From an uncultured Thermotogae bacterium (GTDB taxonomy: Bacteria > Bipolaricaulota > Bipolaricaulia > UBA7950 > UBA9294), in NCBI GenBank assembly GCA_964528085.1, contig CAZGRE010000003.1, forward strand, positions 1 to 57,733: a stretch of DNA of 57,733 nt, given 5' to 3'. The position numbers were made by a program, and so were the translations under genes. The notes beneath the pieces are model-generated. The model was not told the origin of the DNA, ran no database searches, and was given only the letters and a program-made list of their open reading frames with translations. Positions 9,613 to 19,835 of this stretch are shown in pieces. Within the stretch, counting starts at the first letter, position 1, and the number at the start of each line of letters is the position of its first letter.

Positions 9613-10343
9613 TCGAGCTTCATGATGTGGTTGTAGAGTACGGGAGCGGTCCGCGCGCCGTGCGGGCGGTGGACGGGATTTCGTTTAAGGTCCCGCCCGG
9701 AGGGAGCCTCGCCATGATCGGCCCGTCCGGTTGCGGGAAGACTTCGCTCCTCTACGCGATCGCCGGGCTTCTCAAACCGATCGCCGGAGGGGTGACGCTC
9801 GATGGGGAGCCCCTCTCCGGGGTCGGTACACGGGTCGCCCTCATCCTTCAGAACGCCGGGCTCCTCCCCTGGAAGACCGTATGGCAGAACGCGAATTTGA
9901 GCCTCCTCCTCGCTAAGGAATACCCGGCTAAGACGGCGTCCGTCGCGCTCGAGGAGATGGGGCTGACGGAGGTGAAGGATCGGTATCCGACCGAGCTCTC
10001 CGAGGGGATGAAGCGGCGGGTCGGGATCGCCCGCGCCCTTGCGACCTCACCGGCGGTGATGCTGATGGACGAGCCGCTCGCCTCCCTCGACACCCTGACG
10101 AAGGAGAGGATCCAGGACCTCTTCCTTACGCTATGGCGGAGGCATCGGTTCTCGCTGATCCTCGTCACGCACGACATCGAGGAGGCCGCCTTCCTCGGGG
10201 AGAGGATCGCCGTCTTGACCGAACGGCCGGCTAGGGTCAAGGCGTTCGTCGACAACCCGGGGATGGGTAAGCTCGATTATCGCGGGCAGAAGGGGTTCAT
10301 AGAGACCGTCTCCCGCCTCCGCTCGGCGCTGGAGGAGGTGTAA
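9609..10343 (+). CDS. ABC transporter ATP-binding protein, NitT/TauT family
   Basis: GPSGCGKT, LLPWKTV, YPTELSEGMKRRV, LMDEPLASLD, VTHDIEEA. ATG 9609 overlaps the upstream stop (ATGA). Confidence 0.9.
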   Translation: MIELHDVVVEYGSGPRAVRAVDGISFKVPPGGSLAMIGPSGCGKTSLLYAIAGLLKPIAGGVTLDGEPLSGVGTRVALILQNAGLLPWKTVWQNANLSLLLAKEYPAKTASVALEEMGLTEVKDRYPTELSEGMKRRVGIARALATSPAVMLMDEPLASLDTLTKERIQDLFLTLWRRHRFSLILVTHDIEEAAFLGERIAVLTERPARVKAFVDNPGMGKLDYRGQKGFIETVSRLRSALEEV

Positions 10344-10344
10344 A

Positions 10345-11163
10345 GTGAGGAGGTTCTTTGCATCGCTTTCTAATAAGATCCGCGACCGCTCGTTCCGCAA
10401 GGCGGTTCTGATGTACGTGGTCAGCGTGGGGATCCTCCTCCTCGTCTGGGAGATAGCAAGCCTGGCGATCGCGGCGATAAAGGGGCGCGCGTTCCTCCCG
10501 AACCCGATCCGTGCGATCGCTGAGATGATAAGGCTCGGCCCCCTCCTCTTCCGGAACTTCTGGATCAGCGCCTGGCGGCTGGTGATGGCGATCGTGATCG
10601 CGTTCTTCACCGGGTATCCGCTCGGCCTCCTGATCGGGCACGAGCGGCGGCTCGACCAGCTGATATCACCGATGATCTACATTCTCTATCCGATCCCTCA
10701 GGTCGCGTTCATCCTCCTCCTCTTCCTCATCTTCGGGATCGGTAGCCCGGTCAAGGTGACGATCGTGGCGATCGCCCTCTTCTTCCAGATCCTCGTCTCC
10801 GCCCGCGGTGCGGCGAAGCAGATCGAGGAAGAGCACGTGACGAGCGTCCTCTCCGCCGGCGCCTCGCGGTGGCAGGTCTATCGGCACGTCATCCTCCCGG
10901 CGACCCTCCCCTCCATCCTGACGAGCCTGCGGGTGAGCGTCGGCCTCGGGATGGCCTTCCTGTACATCGCCGAGACGACCGGTTCGTTCGACCCACGGCG
11001 GGGAGGGCTCGGCCCGTTCATAAAGAACAACATGTACAGCGGGACGCAGGCGTTCGCCGGGATCCTGGCGATGGCTCTCCTCGGGCTCGCACTGTACATC
11101 GTGATCGAGCTGATCGAGCGGATCGTCTGCCGCTGGAAGTACGTCTCCCGGCGCCCGTCTTGA
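10345..11163 (+). CDS. ABC transporter permease, NitT/TauT family
   Basis: YPIPQVA, GASRWQVYRHVILPATLPSILTSLR, YIAET. Confidence 0.9.
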   Translation: MRRFFASLSNKIRDRSFRKAVLMYVVSVGILLLVWEIASLAIAAIKGRAFLPNPIRAIAEMIRLGPLLFRNFWISAWRLVMAIVIAFFTGYPLGLLIGHERRLDQLISPMIYILYPIPQVAFILLLFLIFGIGSPVKVTIVAIALFFQILVSARGAAKQIEEEHVTSVLSAGASRWQVYRHVILPATLPSILTSLRVSVGLGMAFLYIAETTGSFDPRRGGLGPFIKNNMYSGTQAFAGILAMALLGLALYIVIELIERIVCRWKYVSRRPS

Positions 11164-11194
11164 TCGGTGATTTAAGCCCCGCTACCATCTTTGC

Positions 11195-12004
11195 ATGGAT
11201 CTGAAGCGGCTTTATATCGTCGCGAACACGAGCAAGCCGGATGCACTCCGTACCCTCGCCTCGCTCAAGTCCTGGTGCCAGGAGCGCGGGGTCGAGCCGG
11301 TCCCGATCTCGGATCGACTCCCGAGCGATGTGGAAGAGGGGCTCGTCCTCGCCCTCGGCGGGGACGGGACCGTCCTCCGCGCCGCCGACCTGTTCGCCGA
11401 GGCGTCGATCCCGATCCTCGGGGTGAACCTGGGGAGCCTCGGCTTCCTCACCCAGGCACCGGCCTCCGAGCTGACGGGTGTCCTCGACGACGTCCTTGCC
11501 GATCGATTCACGATCGAGGAGAGGATGCGGCTCAGATACGAGGCCGCGCATGTCTCAGGGTCCGTCCTGAACGACCTCGTCGTCACCGGAGCGACGGACT
11601 CGCGCTTTTGCGAGATCGAGCTCGCATGGGGGGATGGGATCGTCACCCGCTATTCAGGGGATGGGATCATCCTCGCCACCGCGACCGGTTCGACGGCGTA
11701 CAACCTCGCCGCCGGAGGGCCGATCGTCGTCCCGCCGGCGGCTTGCATCCTCGCCCGTCCGCTCGCCCCGCACAGGCTCGGTCTCCGCTCGGTCATCTTT
11801 CCCCCGGATGAGACGATCCGCGTCCGTGCTTTGAGCGATGTGATCCTGATCGCCGACGGTGATCGTGTCGGCGAAGAGCCGGCAGGGACCGATATTGCGG
11901 TCACCCGCGCCGATCCCCCCACGTATCTCGTCCGTCTTTCGGTCTTCCCCTCGTTCTTCGACATCCTTGAGAAGAAGCTGAACTGGGCCGACCGGGATGG
12001 CTGA
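11195..12004 (+). CDS. nadK: NAD(+) kinase
   Basis: LGGDGTVL, GVNLGSLGFL, LND, GDGIILATATGSTAYNLAAGGP. Confidence 0.95.
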   Translation: MDLKRLYIVANTSKPDALRTLASLKSWCQERGVEPVPISDRLPSDVEEGLVLALGGDGTVLRAADLFAEASIPILGVNLGSLGFLTQAPASELTGVLDDVLADRFTIEERMRLRYEAAHVSGSVLNDLVVTGATDSRFCEIELAWGDGIVTRYSGDGIILATATGSTAYNLAAGGPIVVPPAACILARPLAPHRLGLRSVIFPPDETIRVRALSDVILIADGDRVGEEPAGTDIAVTRADPPTYLVRLSVFPSFFDILEKKLNWADRDG

Positions 12005-12088
12005 TGCGGCCTTACCTTTCGCCCGGTTGACGCCGGTCGTATAATCTGGGCGCACGTCGTACTTGCGGCTTGCTAAGGGGTGAGAGCG

Positions 12089-12973
12089 ATGATGGAGAAG
12101 GGTACGTATCGTGTAAAAAGCGGCCTCGCTGAGATGCTGAAGGGCGGCGTGATCATGGATGTCACGACCGCCGAACAGGCGAAGATCGCGGAGGAGGCCG
12201 GAGCCGTCGCGGTGATGGCGTTGGAGCGGGTCCCGGCCGACATCAGGGCCGAGGGCGGCGTGGCGCGGATGGCCGATCCGACGAAGGTGAAGGAGATCAT
12301 GGACGCCGTCTCCATCCCGGTGATGGCGAAGGTGCGGATCGGACACTTCGCCGAGGCGCAGATCCTTCAGGCGCTCGGTGTCGATTACATCGACGAGTCG
12401 GAGGTCCTCACCCCAGCCGATCCCGACTATCACATCAATAAGTGGGAGTTCACCGTCCCGTTCGTCTGCGGCGCGCGCGACCTCGGGGAGGCGTGCCGGC
12501 GGATCGCCGAGGGGGCGGCGATGATCCGGACGAAGGGGGAGCCAGGGACCGGGAACGTGGTCGAGGCGGTCAGGCATATGCGCCTGATGAACGAGCAGAT
12601 CCGCTCCGTTCTCTCCGCTCCGGAATCGGAGCTGATGACGATCGCAAAGGAGCTCGGCGCGCCGGTGGAGATCCTCCGTGCGATCCGGGAAGCGGGGAGG
12701 CTCCCGGTTGTCAACTTCGCCGCCGGCGGGATAGCGACCCCGGCCGACGCCGCGATGATGATGCAGCTCGGCTGCGACGGGATATTCGTCGGGAGTGGGA
12801 TCTTCAAGTCGTCCGATCCGGCGCGGCGGGCGCGGGCGATCGTCGAGGCGACGACGCACTACAACGATCCGAAGATCCTCGCCGAGATATCGGAGGGGCT
12901 CGGCGAGGCGATGCCCGGTATAGCGATCGAGGAGATCCCCGAAGCCGAGATGATGCAGACGCGCGGAAAATGA
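12089..12973 (+). CDS. pdxS: Pyridoxal 5'-phosphate synthase lyase subunit
   Basis: [51 protein letters not shown]. Confidence 0.98.
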   Translation: MMEKGTYRVKSGLAEMLKGGVIMDVTTAEQAKIAEEAGAVAVMALERVPADIRAEGGVARMADPTKVKEIMDAVSIPVMAKVRIGHFAEAQILQALGVDYIDESEVLTPADPDYHINKWEFTVPFVCGARDLGEACRRIAEGAAMIRTKGEPGTGNVVEAVRHMRLMNEQIRSVLSAPESELMTIAKELGAPVEILRAIREAGRLPVVNFAAGGIATPADAAMMMQLGCDGIFVGSGIFKSSDPARRARAIVEATTHYNDPKILAEISEGLGEAMPGIAIEEIPEAEMMQTRGK

Positions 12974-13554
12974 TCGTCGGTGTCCTCGGCCTCCAGGGGG
13001 CGGTCCGCGAGCATGTAGGGAGCCTGCGGCGGCTCGGCGTTGACACGAGGGTCGTCAAGGATCCTACCGATCTCGAGGGGATCGACGCCCTCGTCCTCCC
13101 CGGCGGGGAGTCGACCGCGATCTCGCTTCTTGCGAGCGATAGGATCCTCGATCCCCTCCGCCGGCTGGCTGGGGAGGGCCTCCCGATGTTCGGGACGTGT
13201 GCCGGGATGATCCTCCTCGCGCGTGAGGTCGATGGGGCTCCATCCTCGTACATCGGGGCGATCGACATTGGGGTGAGGCGGAACGCCTCGGGGAGGCAGA
13301 TCGACAGCTTCGAGACGCTCCTCAAGGTTGAGGGGATCGGTGACGATGTTCCCGCCGTCTTCATCCGCGCCCCGTACGTCACCCGCCTCGGCGCGCGGGT
13401 CGTCCCGATGGCGCGCCACGAGGGTGCGGTGGTGATGGCTCGGGAGGGGAGCGTCCTGGTGACGAGCTTCCATCCTGAATTAACCGAGGATCTGCGGATT
13501 CACCGCTACTTCCTCGAGATGGTGGAGAAAGGAAAAAAGGAGGGTAAGGGATGA
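12970..13554 (+). CDS. pdxT: Pyridoxal 5'-phosphate synthase glutaminase subunit
   Basis: [39 protein letters not shown]. True start is ATG 12970 (AATGA overlap), not the 12442 extension. Confidence 0.97.
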   Translation: MIVGVLGLQGAVREHVGSLRRLGVDTRVVKDPTDLEGIDALVLPGGESTAISLLASDRILDPLRRLAGEGLPMFGTCAGMILLAREVDGAPSSYIGAIDIGVRRNASGRQIDSFETLLKVEGIGDDVPAVFIRAPYVTRLGARVVPMARHEGAVVMAREGSVLVTSFHPELTEDLRIHRYFLEMVEKGKKEGKG

Positions 13555-14546
13555 AGAAGGTGGCGATCAACGGGTTCGGCAGGATCGGGCGGGCGTTCTT
13601 CCGGGTTTCGTACGGGAAGGGCGAGCTCGAGATCGTGGCGATAAACGATCCGTTCATCAGCCCGGAGACGGCGAGGTATCTCCTCACCTACGACACGGTC
13701 TACGGCCGTTACGACAAGAAGGTTGTCGCCAAGGAGGGCGGGATCGAGGTCGACGGGAGGTTCATCCCCATCCTCGCGGAGAAGGATCCGAAGGATCTCC
13801 CCTGGAGGGAGATGGGCGTCGAGCTCGTGATCGAATCGACCGGCGTCTTCCTGACGGAGGAGAGGGCGTCCTTACACCTTCAGGCAGGGGCAGCGCGGGT
13901 CCTCCTCTCGGCTCCGCCGAAGGGAGGAGAGATCCGCCAGTTCGTGTACGGGGTGAACCACGAGGAGTACGATCCGGAAAGGGACAGGATTCTCGCCGCC
14001 GCCTCGTGCACGACCAACTCCCTTGCCCCGGTCGCCTACGTCCTGGAGAGGGAATTCGGGATCGCTCATGCCTTCCTGACGACGGTGCACGGGTACACCG
14101 CTGATCAACGCCTCGTCGATTCGCCGCACAAGAAGTTCACCCGCGGCCGTGCCGCCGCGGCGAACATCGTCCCGACGACGACCGGGGCGGCGACGGCGAC
14201 GACGAAGATCCTCCCCTCTCTCGCCGGGAAGATGGATGGGATGGCGTTCCGCGTCCCGGTCCCGAGCGGCTCGGTGAGCGACTTCACCGCCGAGATGAGC
14301 CGCTCGGTGACGAAGGAGGAAGTGAACTCCGCCCTGGCCGCGTACGCCGAGGGTAAGCTCGCCGGGGTCCTCGGGGTGAGCACCGATCCTATCGTGTCGA
14401 GCGACATCATCGGCGACACACGGGCGAGCGTCGTCGACCTCACCCTCACCGCGGTCGTCGACGACCGCCTACTCAAGGTTGTCACCTTTTATGACAACGA
14501 ATGGGGGTACACAAACCAGCTTTTCCGCATGGCAGCCCTCGTGTGA
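13551..14546 (+). CDS. gap: Type I glyceraldehyde-3-phosphate dehydrogenase
   Basis: INGFGRIGR, ASCTTNSLAP, NIVPTTTGAA, YDNEWGY. Confidence 0.97.
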   Translation: MKKVAINGFGRIGRAFFRVSYGKGELEIVAINDPFISPETARYLLTYDTVYGRYDKKVVAKEGGIEVDGRFIPILAEKDPKDLPWREMGVELVIESTGVFLTEERASLHLQAGAARVLLSAPPKGGEIRQFVYGVNHEEYDPERDRILAAASCTTNSLAPVAYVLEREFGIAHAFLTTVHGYTADQRLVDSPHKKFTRGRAAAANIVPTTTGAATATTKILPSLAGKMDGMAFRVPVPSGSVSDFTAEMSRSVTKEEVNSALAAYAEGKLAGVLGVSTDPIVSSDIIGDTRASVVDLTLTAVVDDRLLKVVTFYDNEWGYTNQLFRMAALV

Positions 14547-14556
14547 GGAGGGTAGC

Positions 14557-15255
14557 CTCCTAGGAAGGCTGATCGAGGGGATCCTCTCCCTCCTCTATCC
14601 GCCGGAATGCGCCCTTTGCGGCGGGGTGCTGACGAGGGGGAGGGTCGTCTGCGAGCGGTGTTGGGAGGGGCTCCCCCGGTTGAGCGGGGCTCGCTGCCGG
14701 ATCTGCGGTGATCTCCTGCAGGATCCCTCCCTCGATCTTTGCCTGGTCTGCGGGACGCGGATCCGACCCTTCTCCCGGATCGTGGCGATCGCCCCCTACG
14801 AAGGGGGCTGGGAGAGGCTCATTCATATGTTCAAATTCGATCGCGAGAAGGCGATCGGCGACTGGCTCGGTTCCCTTCTCGCGTCAGCGGCGTGGCACGA
14901 GCGGCTGGGCGAGGGTGTAGATTCGGTCAGCTACATTCCGATGACGGTTAAGGAGCGCAACGAGCGGGGGTTCAACCAGGCTGAGATCCTCGCCCGCCGT
15001 GTGGCGCGGGGTCTCGGTCTTCCGCTTAATCGGACGTTGGCCAAGGTACGGGAGACCCTCCCGCAGCGATCCCTCCCCGCCGGTGAGAGGAGGAAGAACT
15101 TGCGGGGGGCGTTCCGGCCGGTAAGATCAGGGAGCGGAGGGGTACTTCTCATTGATGATATCTGCACCACCACCGCGACCGTGGAGGAGTGTGCCCTCAC
15201 CCTCAATCAAGGGGGCTACTCCCCGGTCGTCGTCCTGACGGTGGCGCGGGCGTGA
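14557..15255 (+). CDS. comF: ComF family protein (double zinc ribbon plus phosphoribosyltransferase); start uncertain
   Basis: LLYPPECALCG, CERC, CRICG, CLVC, RGFNQAEILA, VLLIDDICTTTAT. No ATG/GTG/TTG lies near the expected N-terminus. Confidence 0.85.
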   Translation, partial: LLGRLIEGILSLLYPPECALCGGVLTRGRVVCERCWEGLPRLSGARCRICGDLLQDPSLDLCLVCGTRIRPFSRIVAIAPYEGGWERLIHMFKFDREKAIGDWLGSLLASAAWHERLGEGVDSVSYIPMTVKERNERGFNQAEILARRVARGLGLPLNRTLAKVRETLPQRSLPAGERRKNLRGAFRPVRSGSGGVLLIDDICTTTATVEECALTLNQGGYSPVVVLTVARA

Positions 15256-15265
15256 AGGGGAGCGG

Positions 15266-15832
15266 ATGAAGGTTCGATCGATCTGCTTGGGGCCGCTTTC
15301 CACCAACTGCTACCTCATTGAGGTAGACGGGAAGAGGATCCTGATCGATCCGGCCGAAGGGGGTGAGCCGCTCCGATCGTTCGTCGGCGAAGGGGGTGTC
15401 GACCTCGTCGTGAACACGCACGGTCACTTCGATCACACCGGCGGAGATTGGGAGTTTCCCGAGGCCGAGGTGGCGATCCATGCCGCTGATATTCCCTTCC
15501 TCGACAGCGCCTATCCTGGCCATCCCCCGGTCGATCGGACGATCGACGAAGGGGATGAGATCGCATCCGGGCTCAGGGTCATCCATACCCCTGGGCATTC
15601 TCCGGGGAGCATCGTTCTTGTAGGCGATGGGGTCCTGTTCGTCGGGGATCTGTTGTTCGCCGGTTCGATCGGCCGGACCGACTTCCCCGGGGGGGCGCAG
15701 GAGGAGATGATCCGCTCCCTCCTCCGGCTCATCCGTCTCCCCGGCGACTACCTGATCTATCCCGGGCACGGCCCGGTGACGAGGCTCGAACGGGAGCGGA
15801 GGGAGAACCCGTTCCTGACCGGTTTGAGGTGA
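15266..15832 (+). CDS. MBL-fold metallo-hydrolase (glyoxalase II/YcbL-like)
   Basis: THGHFDHTGG, HTPGHSPGS, GDLLFAGSIGRTD, YPGHG. Confidence 0.92.
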   Translation: MKVRSICLGPLSTNCYLIEVDGKRILIDPAEGGEPLRSFVGEGGVDLVVNTHGHFDHTGGDWEFPEAEVAIHAADIPFLDSAYPGHPPVDRTIDEGDEIASGLRVIHTPGHSPGSIVLVGDGVLFVGDLLFAGSIGRTDFPGGAQEEMIRSLLRLIRLPGDYLIYPGHGPVTRLERERRENPFLTGLR

Positions 15833-17571
15833 AGATGATAGATTCGCGGATGGACGTTCGGGCGATCAAGGAGCGGATCGACATCGTGTCGGTGATCTCC
15901 CGGTACGTCTCCCTTACGAAGTCCGGCTCCGGGTATAAGGGGCGCTGCCCGTTTCACAAGGACGATACCCCCTCGTTCGTCGTCAGTCGGGAGAAGGGGC
16001 TCTGGCACTGCTTCGGCTGTGGGGAGGGGGGTGATGTCATCGCCTTTCTGATGAAGATCGAGAGCATCTCGTTCGTCGAGGCTGCACGTCAGCTCGCAAC
16101 GGAGGCCGGGGTCGAGTTTCGCCCTCGTGAGGACGGGGTGCGGGAGAGAATGCGGGAGATCCTTGCCGAGGCGGCCGCGTACTTCGCCGACAACCTCCGC
16201 TCACCGACCGGGAGGAAGGCGCGGCAGTACCTCCGGGATCGCGGGTACGATGATGATACGTGGGAGCGGTTCGGCCTCGGATTCGCCCTCCCCGGCTGGG
16301 AGAACCTGAAGGGGGAGCTCTCCAAGCGCTATAGTGTGGAGGAGCTCGTCGAGCTCGGCCTCCTCGTCTCGGGGAAGGAGGGTACCTACGATCGATTCCG
16401 CGATCGGACGATCTTTACGATCTTCGACCTCTCCGGTCGTCCGATCGGATTCGGAGGGCGCGCGTTCGCCGGGGAGCCGAAGTACCTGAATTCACCGAAG
16501 ACGCCGCTGTTCGACAAGGGGCGTACCCTCTACGGTCTCTCCTGGGCGAGGGAGGGGTTTGCGAAGGAGAAGAGGGCGGTGTTGGTCGAGGGGTACACCG
16601 ACGTCCTCACCCTCCATCAGGCCGGGCTGACGAACGCCGTCGGGAGCATGGGGACGTCCCTCACCCGCGGTCAGGCCGAGCTCCTCGCGCGGTTTGTGGA
16701 CGAGGTGGTGATCGCTTACGATCGGGATGCAGCCGGCGGTGCGGCCGCCCTGCGGGGGATGCAGATATTGGGGAACAGTGGGCTTTCGGTCAGGGTTGCC
16801 CTCCTCTCTGAGGGGGATGACCCAGACAGCCTCGTCCGGCGCGATGGACCGGATGCGATGCGTGCTGCGGTCGATGATGCCGTTCCCTTCTATCGGTTCT
16901 ACATTCAATCGCTCAGCGCCAAATTCGATCTCTCGACCGTTACGGGGAAGGAGCGCGCCCTCGCCGAGGCGGGGGAGTTCACGCGCGCCATCCAGAGCCT
17001 CCCCCTTAAGCAGGAGTTCGTCCGCGAGCTCTCCGATCTCCTCGGTCTCCCCGTCGAGGGGGTCTCCCGTGAGCTCTCCCGGCGGGGTAGATCTCGGCAC
17101 GAGGAGACGAGGCTGAAGGAAGGGTCCGGGAGGAAGTGGGAGCCGGAGGAGGACCTCCTCGTCCTCCTCCTCCGGGGTGATGTCCCGTGGGACCGGGTCG
17201 GAGGGGTGATCTCCCCCGAACACTTCTCAGAGGCGAACCGGCCGATCGTGGAGGGGTTGGCTGCCGGAGCCGGAATCCCCGAGCTGATCGAGAGCCTCGA
17301 TGAGGAATCATCGAGGCGGGCGAGCTTCTATGCCCTTGCGCCGGTCAGGTTCAGCGACGTGGAGAGGGCGGTGGAGGACGCGCTCGCAAGGCTCGTTAGG
17401 CTCCCGGCGATCGAGAAGAGGCTGGCCGAGATCGATGCGGAGATCAGCGCCTGTGAGCGGGATGGTGACCTTGAGAGATGGAACGAGCTGACGCGGGAGA
17501 AGGTCGCGCTTCTCACCGAGAAGCTAAGCCGAAGGGGGTGTGATGGCGAAGAAGAAAAAGGACGATCTTGA
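15829..17571 (+). CDS. dnaG: DNA primase
   Basis: Zn finger [39 protein letters not shown]. Confidence 0.97.
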   Translation: MKMIDSRMDVRAIKERIDIVSVISRYVSLTKSGSGYKGRCPFHKDDTPSFVVSREKGLWHCFGCGEGGDVIAFLMKIESISFVEAARQLATEAGVEFRPREDGVRERMREILAEAAAYFADNLRSPTGRKARQYLRDRGYDDDTWERFGLGFALPGWENLKGELSKRYSVEELVELGLLVSGKEGTYDRFRDRTIFTIFDLSGRPIGFGGRAFAGEPKYLNSPKTPLFDKGRTLYGLSWAREGFAKEKRAVLVEGYTDVLTLHQAGLTNAVGSMGTSLTRGQAELLARFVDEVVIAYDRDAAGGAAALRGMQILGNSGLSVRVALLSEGDDPDSLVRRDGPDAMRAAVDDAVPFYRFYIQSLSAKFDLSTVTGKERALAEAGEFTRAIQSLPLKQEFVRELSDLLGLPVEGVSRELSRRGRSRHEETRLKEGSGRKWEPEEDLLVLLLRGDVPWDRVGGVISPEHFSEANRPIVEGLAAGAGIPELIESLDEESSRRASFYALAPVRFSDVERAVEDALARLVRLPAIEKRLAEIDAEISACERDGDLERWNELTREKVALLTEKLSRRGCDGEEEKGRS

Positions 17572-18910
17572 GGTGAAGCCGGATCGGCCTGAAGAGGAGG
17601 CCGTGCCCGAGGAGAAAACGGATGAGATCATCGATCCTCTCGTCGATTTAGCCCCGCTCACCGATGTTGAGTTGGAGGAGGAAGAGGACCTGGCCGCCGA
17701 CGAGCCGGTCGAGGATGGGATCGCTGATCCGGAGGAGATCCTTCCGACCAGCGTGATCGGGGCCGAACCGTTCGAGGAGATCCCGATCTCCCTCCGGGAC
17801 CGCGATAGATCCCGGCAGTGGGAGGGAGCTGAGGCTTCGACCCGGCGTGAGGACCCCGTCAGGACCTACCTTCGCGAGATCGGGAAGGTCCCGCTACTGA
17901 CGAAGGAGGGGGAGGTCGAGCTGGCGAAGGCAATGGAGATCGGGGCCTACGCCGAGCTCAGGCTTGCCGAGCTCGATGGAGTCGAGGCGGAAAAGAAGCT
18001 TAAGAAGCGGGGGCTGAGCGATGAGGAACGCTCGGAGCTCGCCGACCTCGTCGAGAAGGGGAAGGAGGCGGCCGAGCTCCTCGCCTCATCGTCGTTCGCC
18101 GAGAAGCTGGGGGCAGAGCTTCCGGTCGATGCGACCCGGCCTGAGCTCGAGGCGCTCGTGGAGAAGGGGAAGGCCGCGCGGAAGCGGCTGACCGTCTCCA
18201 ACCTCCGCCTCGTCGTCTCGATCGCCAAGCGGTACATGAACCGCGGCCTCTCGTTCCTCGACCTGATCCAAGAGGGGAACATGGGGCTGATGAAGGCGGT
18301 GGAGAAGTTCGACTACACGCGCGGCTACAAGTTCTCCACCTATGCAACGTGGTGGATCCGCCAGGCGATCACACGGGCGATCGCGGATCAGTCGCGGACG
18401 ATCCGCGTCCCCGTCCATATGATCGAGACGGTGCGGGAGCTGAACCGGATAAAGCGCGAGTTCATCCAATCGCACGGCGCGGCGCCGACGCTCGAGGACC
18501 TCTCCCAGCTGACCGGGATGTCGATCGACAAGATAAAGAAGGTGGAGAGCGTCTCTCAGTACACCGCCTCGCTCGAGCGGCCGATCGGCGAGGAGGACGA
18601 GGACACCTTGGGCGACTTCATCGAGGACCCCTCCTCCCCGTCGCCGACGAAGGAGACGTTCCGGATGTTCCTCCGCGAGCAGCTCGCCCGCGCCCTCGAT
18701 CAGCTCGACGAGCGGGAGCGGGAGATCATCAAGCTCCGCTACGGCCTGGAGGACGGCCATCCCCGTACGCTGAAGGACGTCTCGCTCAAGTTCAACATCA
18801 CCCGCGAGCGGGTCCGCCAGATCGAGATCAAGGCGATCGAGAAGCTGAAGCACCCATCGCGGCGGGCGGAGCTCAAGCGGTTCCGCGAGCTCCTCCTCTC
18901 GGAAGAGTGA
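17543..18910 (+). CDS. rpoD: Primary RNA polymerase sigma-70 factor
   Basis: [51 protein letters not shown]; follows dnaG. Confidence 0.96.
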   Translation: MAKKKKDDLEVKPDRPEEEAVPEEKTDEIIDPLVDLAPLTDVELEEEEDLAADEPVEDGIADPEEILPTSVIGAEPFEEIPISLRDRDRSRQWEGAEASTRREDPVRTYLREIGKVPLLTKEGEVELAKAMEIGAYAELRLAELDGVEAEKKLKKRGLSDEERSELADLVEKGKEAAELLASSSFAEKLGAELPVDATRPELEALVEKGKAARKRLTVSNLRLVVSIAKRYMNRGLSFLDLIQEGNMGLMKAVEKFDYTRGYKFSTYATWWIRQAITRAIADQSRTIRVPVHMIETVRELNRIKREFIQSHGAAPTLEDLSQLTGMSIDKIKKVESVSQYTASLERPIGEEDEDTLGDFIEDPSSPSPTKETFRMFLREQLARALDQLDEREREIIKLRYGLEDGHPRTLKDVSLKFNITRERVRQIEIKAIEKLKHPSRRAELKRFRELLLSEE

Positions 18911-18914
18911 GAAG

Positions 18915-19835
18915 GTGACAGATCAGCGTGAGGTCTTGGTCATCCTCGGTCCGACGGCGACCGGGAAGACGAAGGTTGCAATCAGGGTCGCTTCCCTGAC
19001 CGACGGGGAGATCATCTCGGCCGATTCGCGCGCCTTCTTCGCCCGCCTCGACGTCACGACCGCCAAGCCGACCCCGGCTGAGCGCTCCGCTGTCCCTCAT
19101 CATCTGATAGATCGCGTCCCGATCGACGGGGAGTACGACGCGATGGCGTTCCGCCGCGACGTGGAGCGACTGATCCCCCAGATACACGGCCGCGGCCACG
19201 TCCCGATCGTCGTCGGCGGAGGGACGCTCTATCTCGGCGTGATCCTTCATGGGATATTCGACGGGCCGGCGAAGGACCATGATCTGCGGCGGAGGTTGGA
19301 GGATGCCCCGGTCGAAGAACTATACGGGAGGCTCACCTCGGTCGACCCTGAGAGGGCGAGGGTGATCCACCCGCACGACCGGCTCCGGATCGTCCGCGCC
19401 CTCGAGGTCTACGAGTCGACCGGCCGGCCGATCAGCGAGTGGCAGAGAAAGGCAAGACCGTTGCCGTACGATTTCCGTCTCTTCGGGCTTCGCCGCGACA
19501 GGGACGACCATCGCGCAGCGATCGCCTCCCGCGTCGATCGGATGTTAAGCGAGGGGATGATCGAGGAGATCGCCTCCCTCCGCGATCAGGGGCTACTCCA
19601 TCCCGGGGTGCAGGCGTTCCGGACGATCGGAATCGAGCCGGTATTCTCGTATCTCGATGGGGGGCTGACCGAGATGGAGCTACGCGAGGAGATGATCCGG
19701 AAGACGTGGGGGCTCGTCCGCCGGCAGATGGCCTGGTTCAAGCGCGAAGAGGGTGTAACCTGGATCGATGTGACCGAACGTAATGCGGCCGATGTCGCTT
19801 CGGAGATAATAAGGCGATGGGAAGAGGGAGAGTGA
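18915..19835 (+). CDS. miaA: tRNA dimethylallyltransferase
   Basis: GPTATGKT, IISADS, TAKPT, VGGGTLY, RIVRALEV, RRQMAWF. Confidence 0.95.
   Translation: MTDQREVLVILGPTATGKTKVAIRVASLTDGEIISADSRAFFARLDVTTAKPTPAERSAVPHHLIDRVPIDGEYDAMAFRRDVERLIPQIHGRGHVPIVVGGGTLYLGVILHGIFDGPAKDHDLRRRLEDAPVEELYGRLTSVDPERARVIHPHDRLRIVRALEVYESTGRPISEWQRKARPLPYDFRLFGLRRDRDDHRAAIASRVDRMLSEGMIEEIASLRDQGLLHPGVQAFRTIGIEPVFSYLDGGLTEMELREEMIRKTWGLVRRQMAWFKREEGVTWIDVTERNAADVASEIIRRWEEGE

Noticed and set aside
12027-12045. TTGACG and TATAAT upstream of pdxS as a -35/-10 pair
   Set aside because: The spacing is only 7 bp. The TATAAT is plausible, but the TTGACG cannot be its -35.
11654-12859. Long antisense and alternate-frame ORFs (also 25607-26812, 28634-29998, 31040-32491 and many others)
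   Set aside because: R/P/G/D-rich shadows of conserved genes, expected from high GC3 and few stop codons.
12442-12969. N-terminal extension that would make a 370-aa PdxT (similar extensions on the NTPase, lpdA, pseudouridine synthase, GNAT and ThiI-like ORFs)
   Set aside because: The extensions overlap other genes or promoters, and homology begins at the downstream starts used here.
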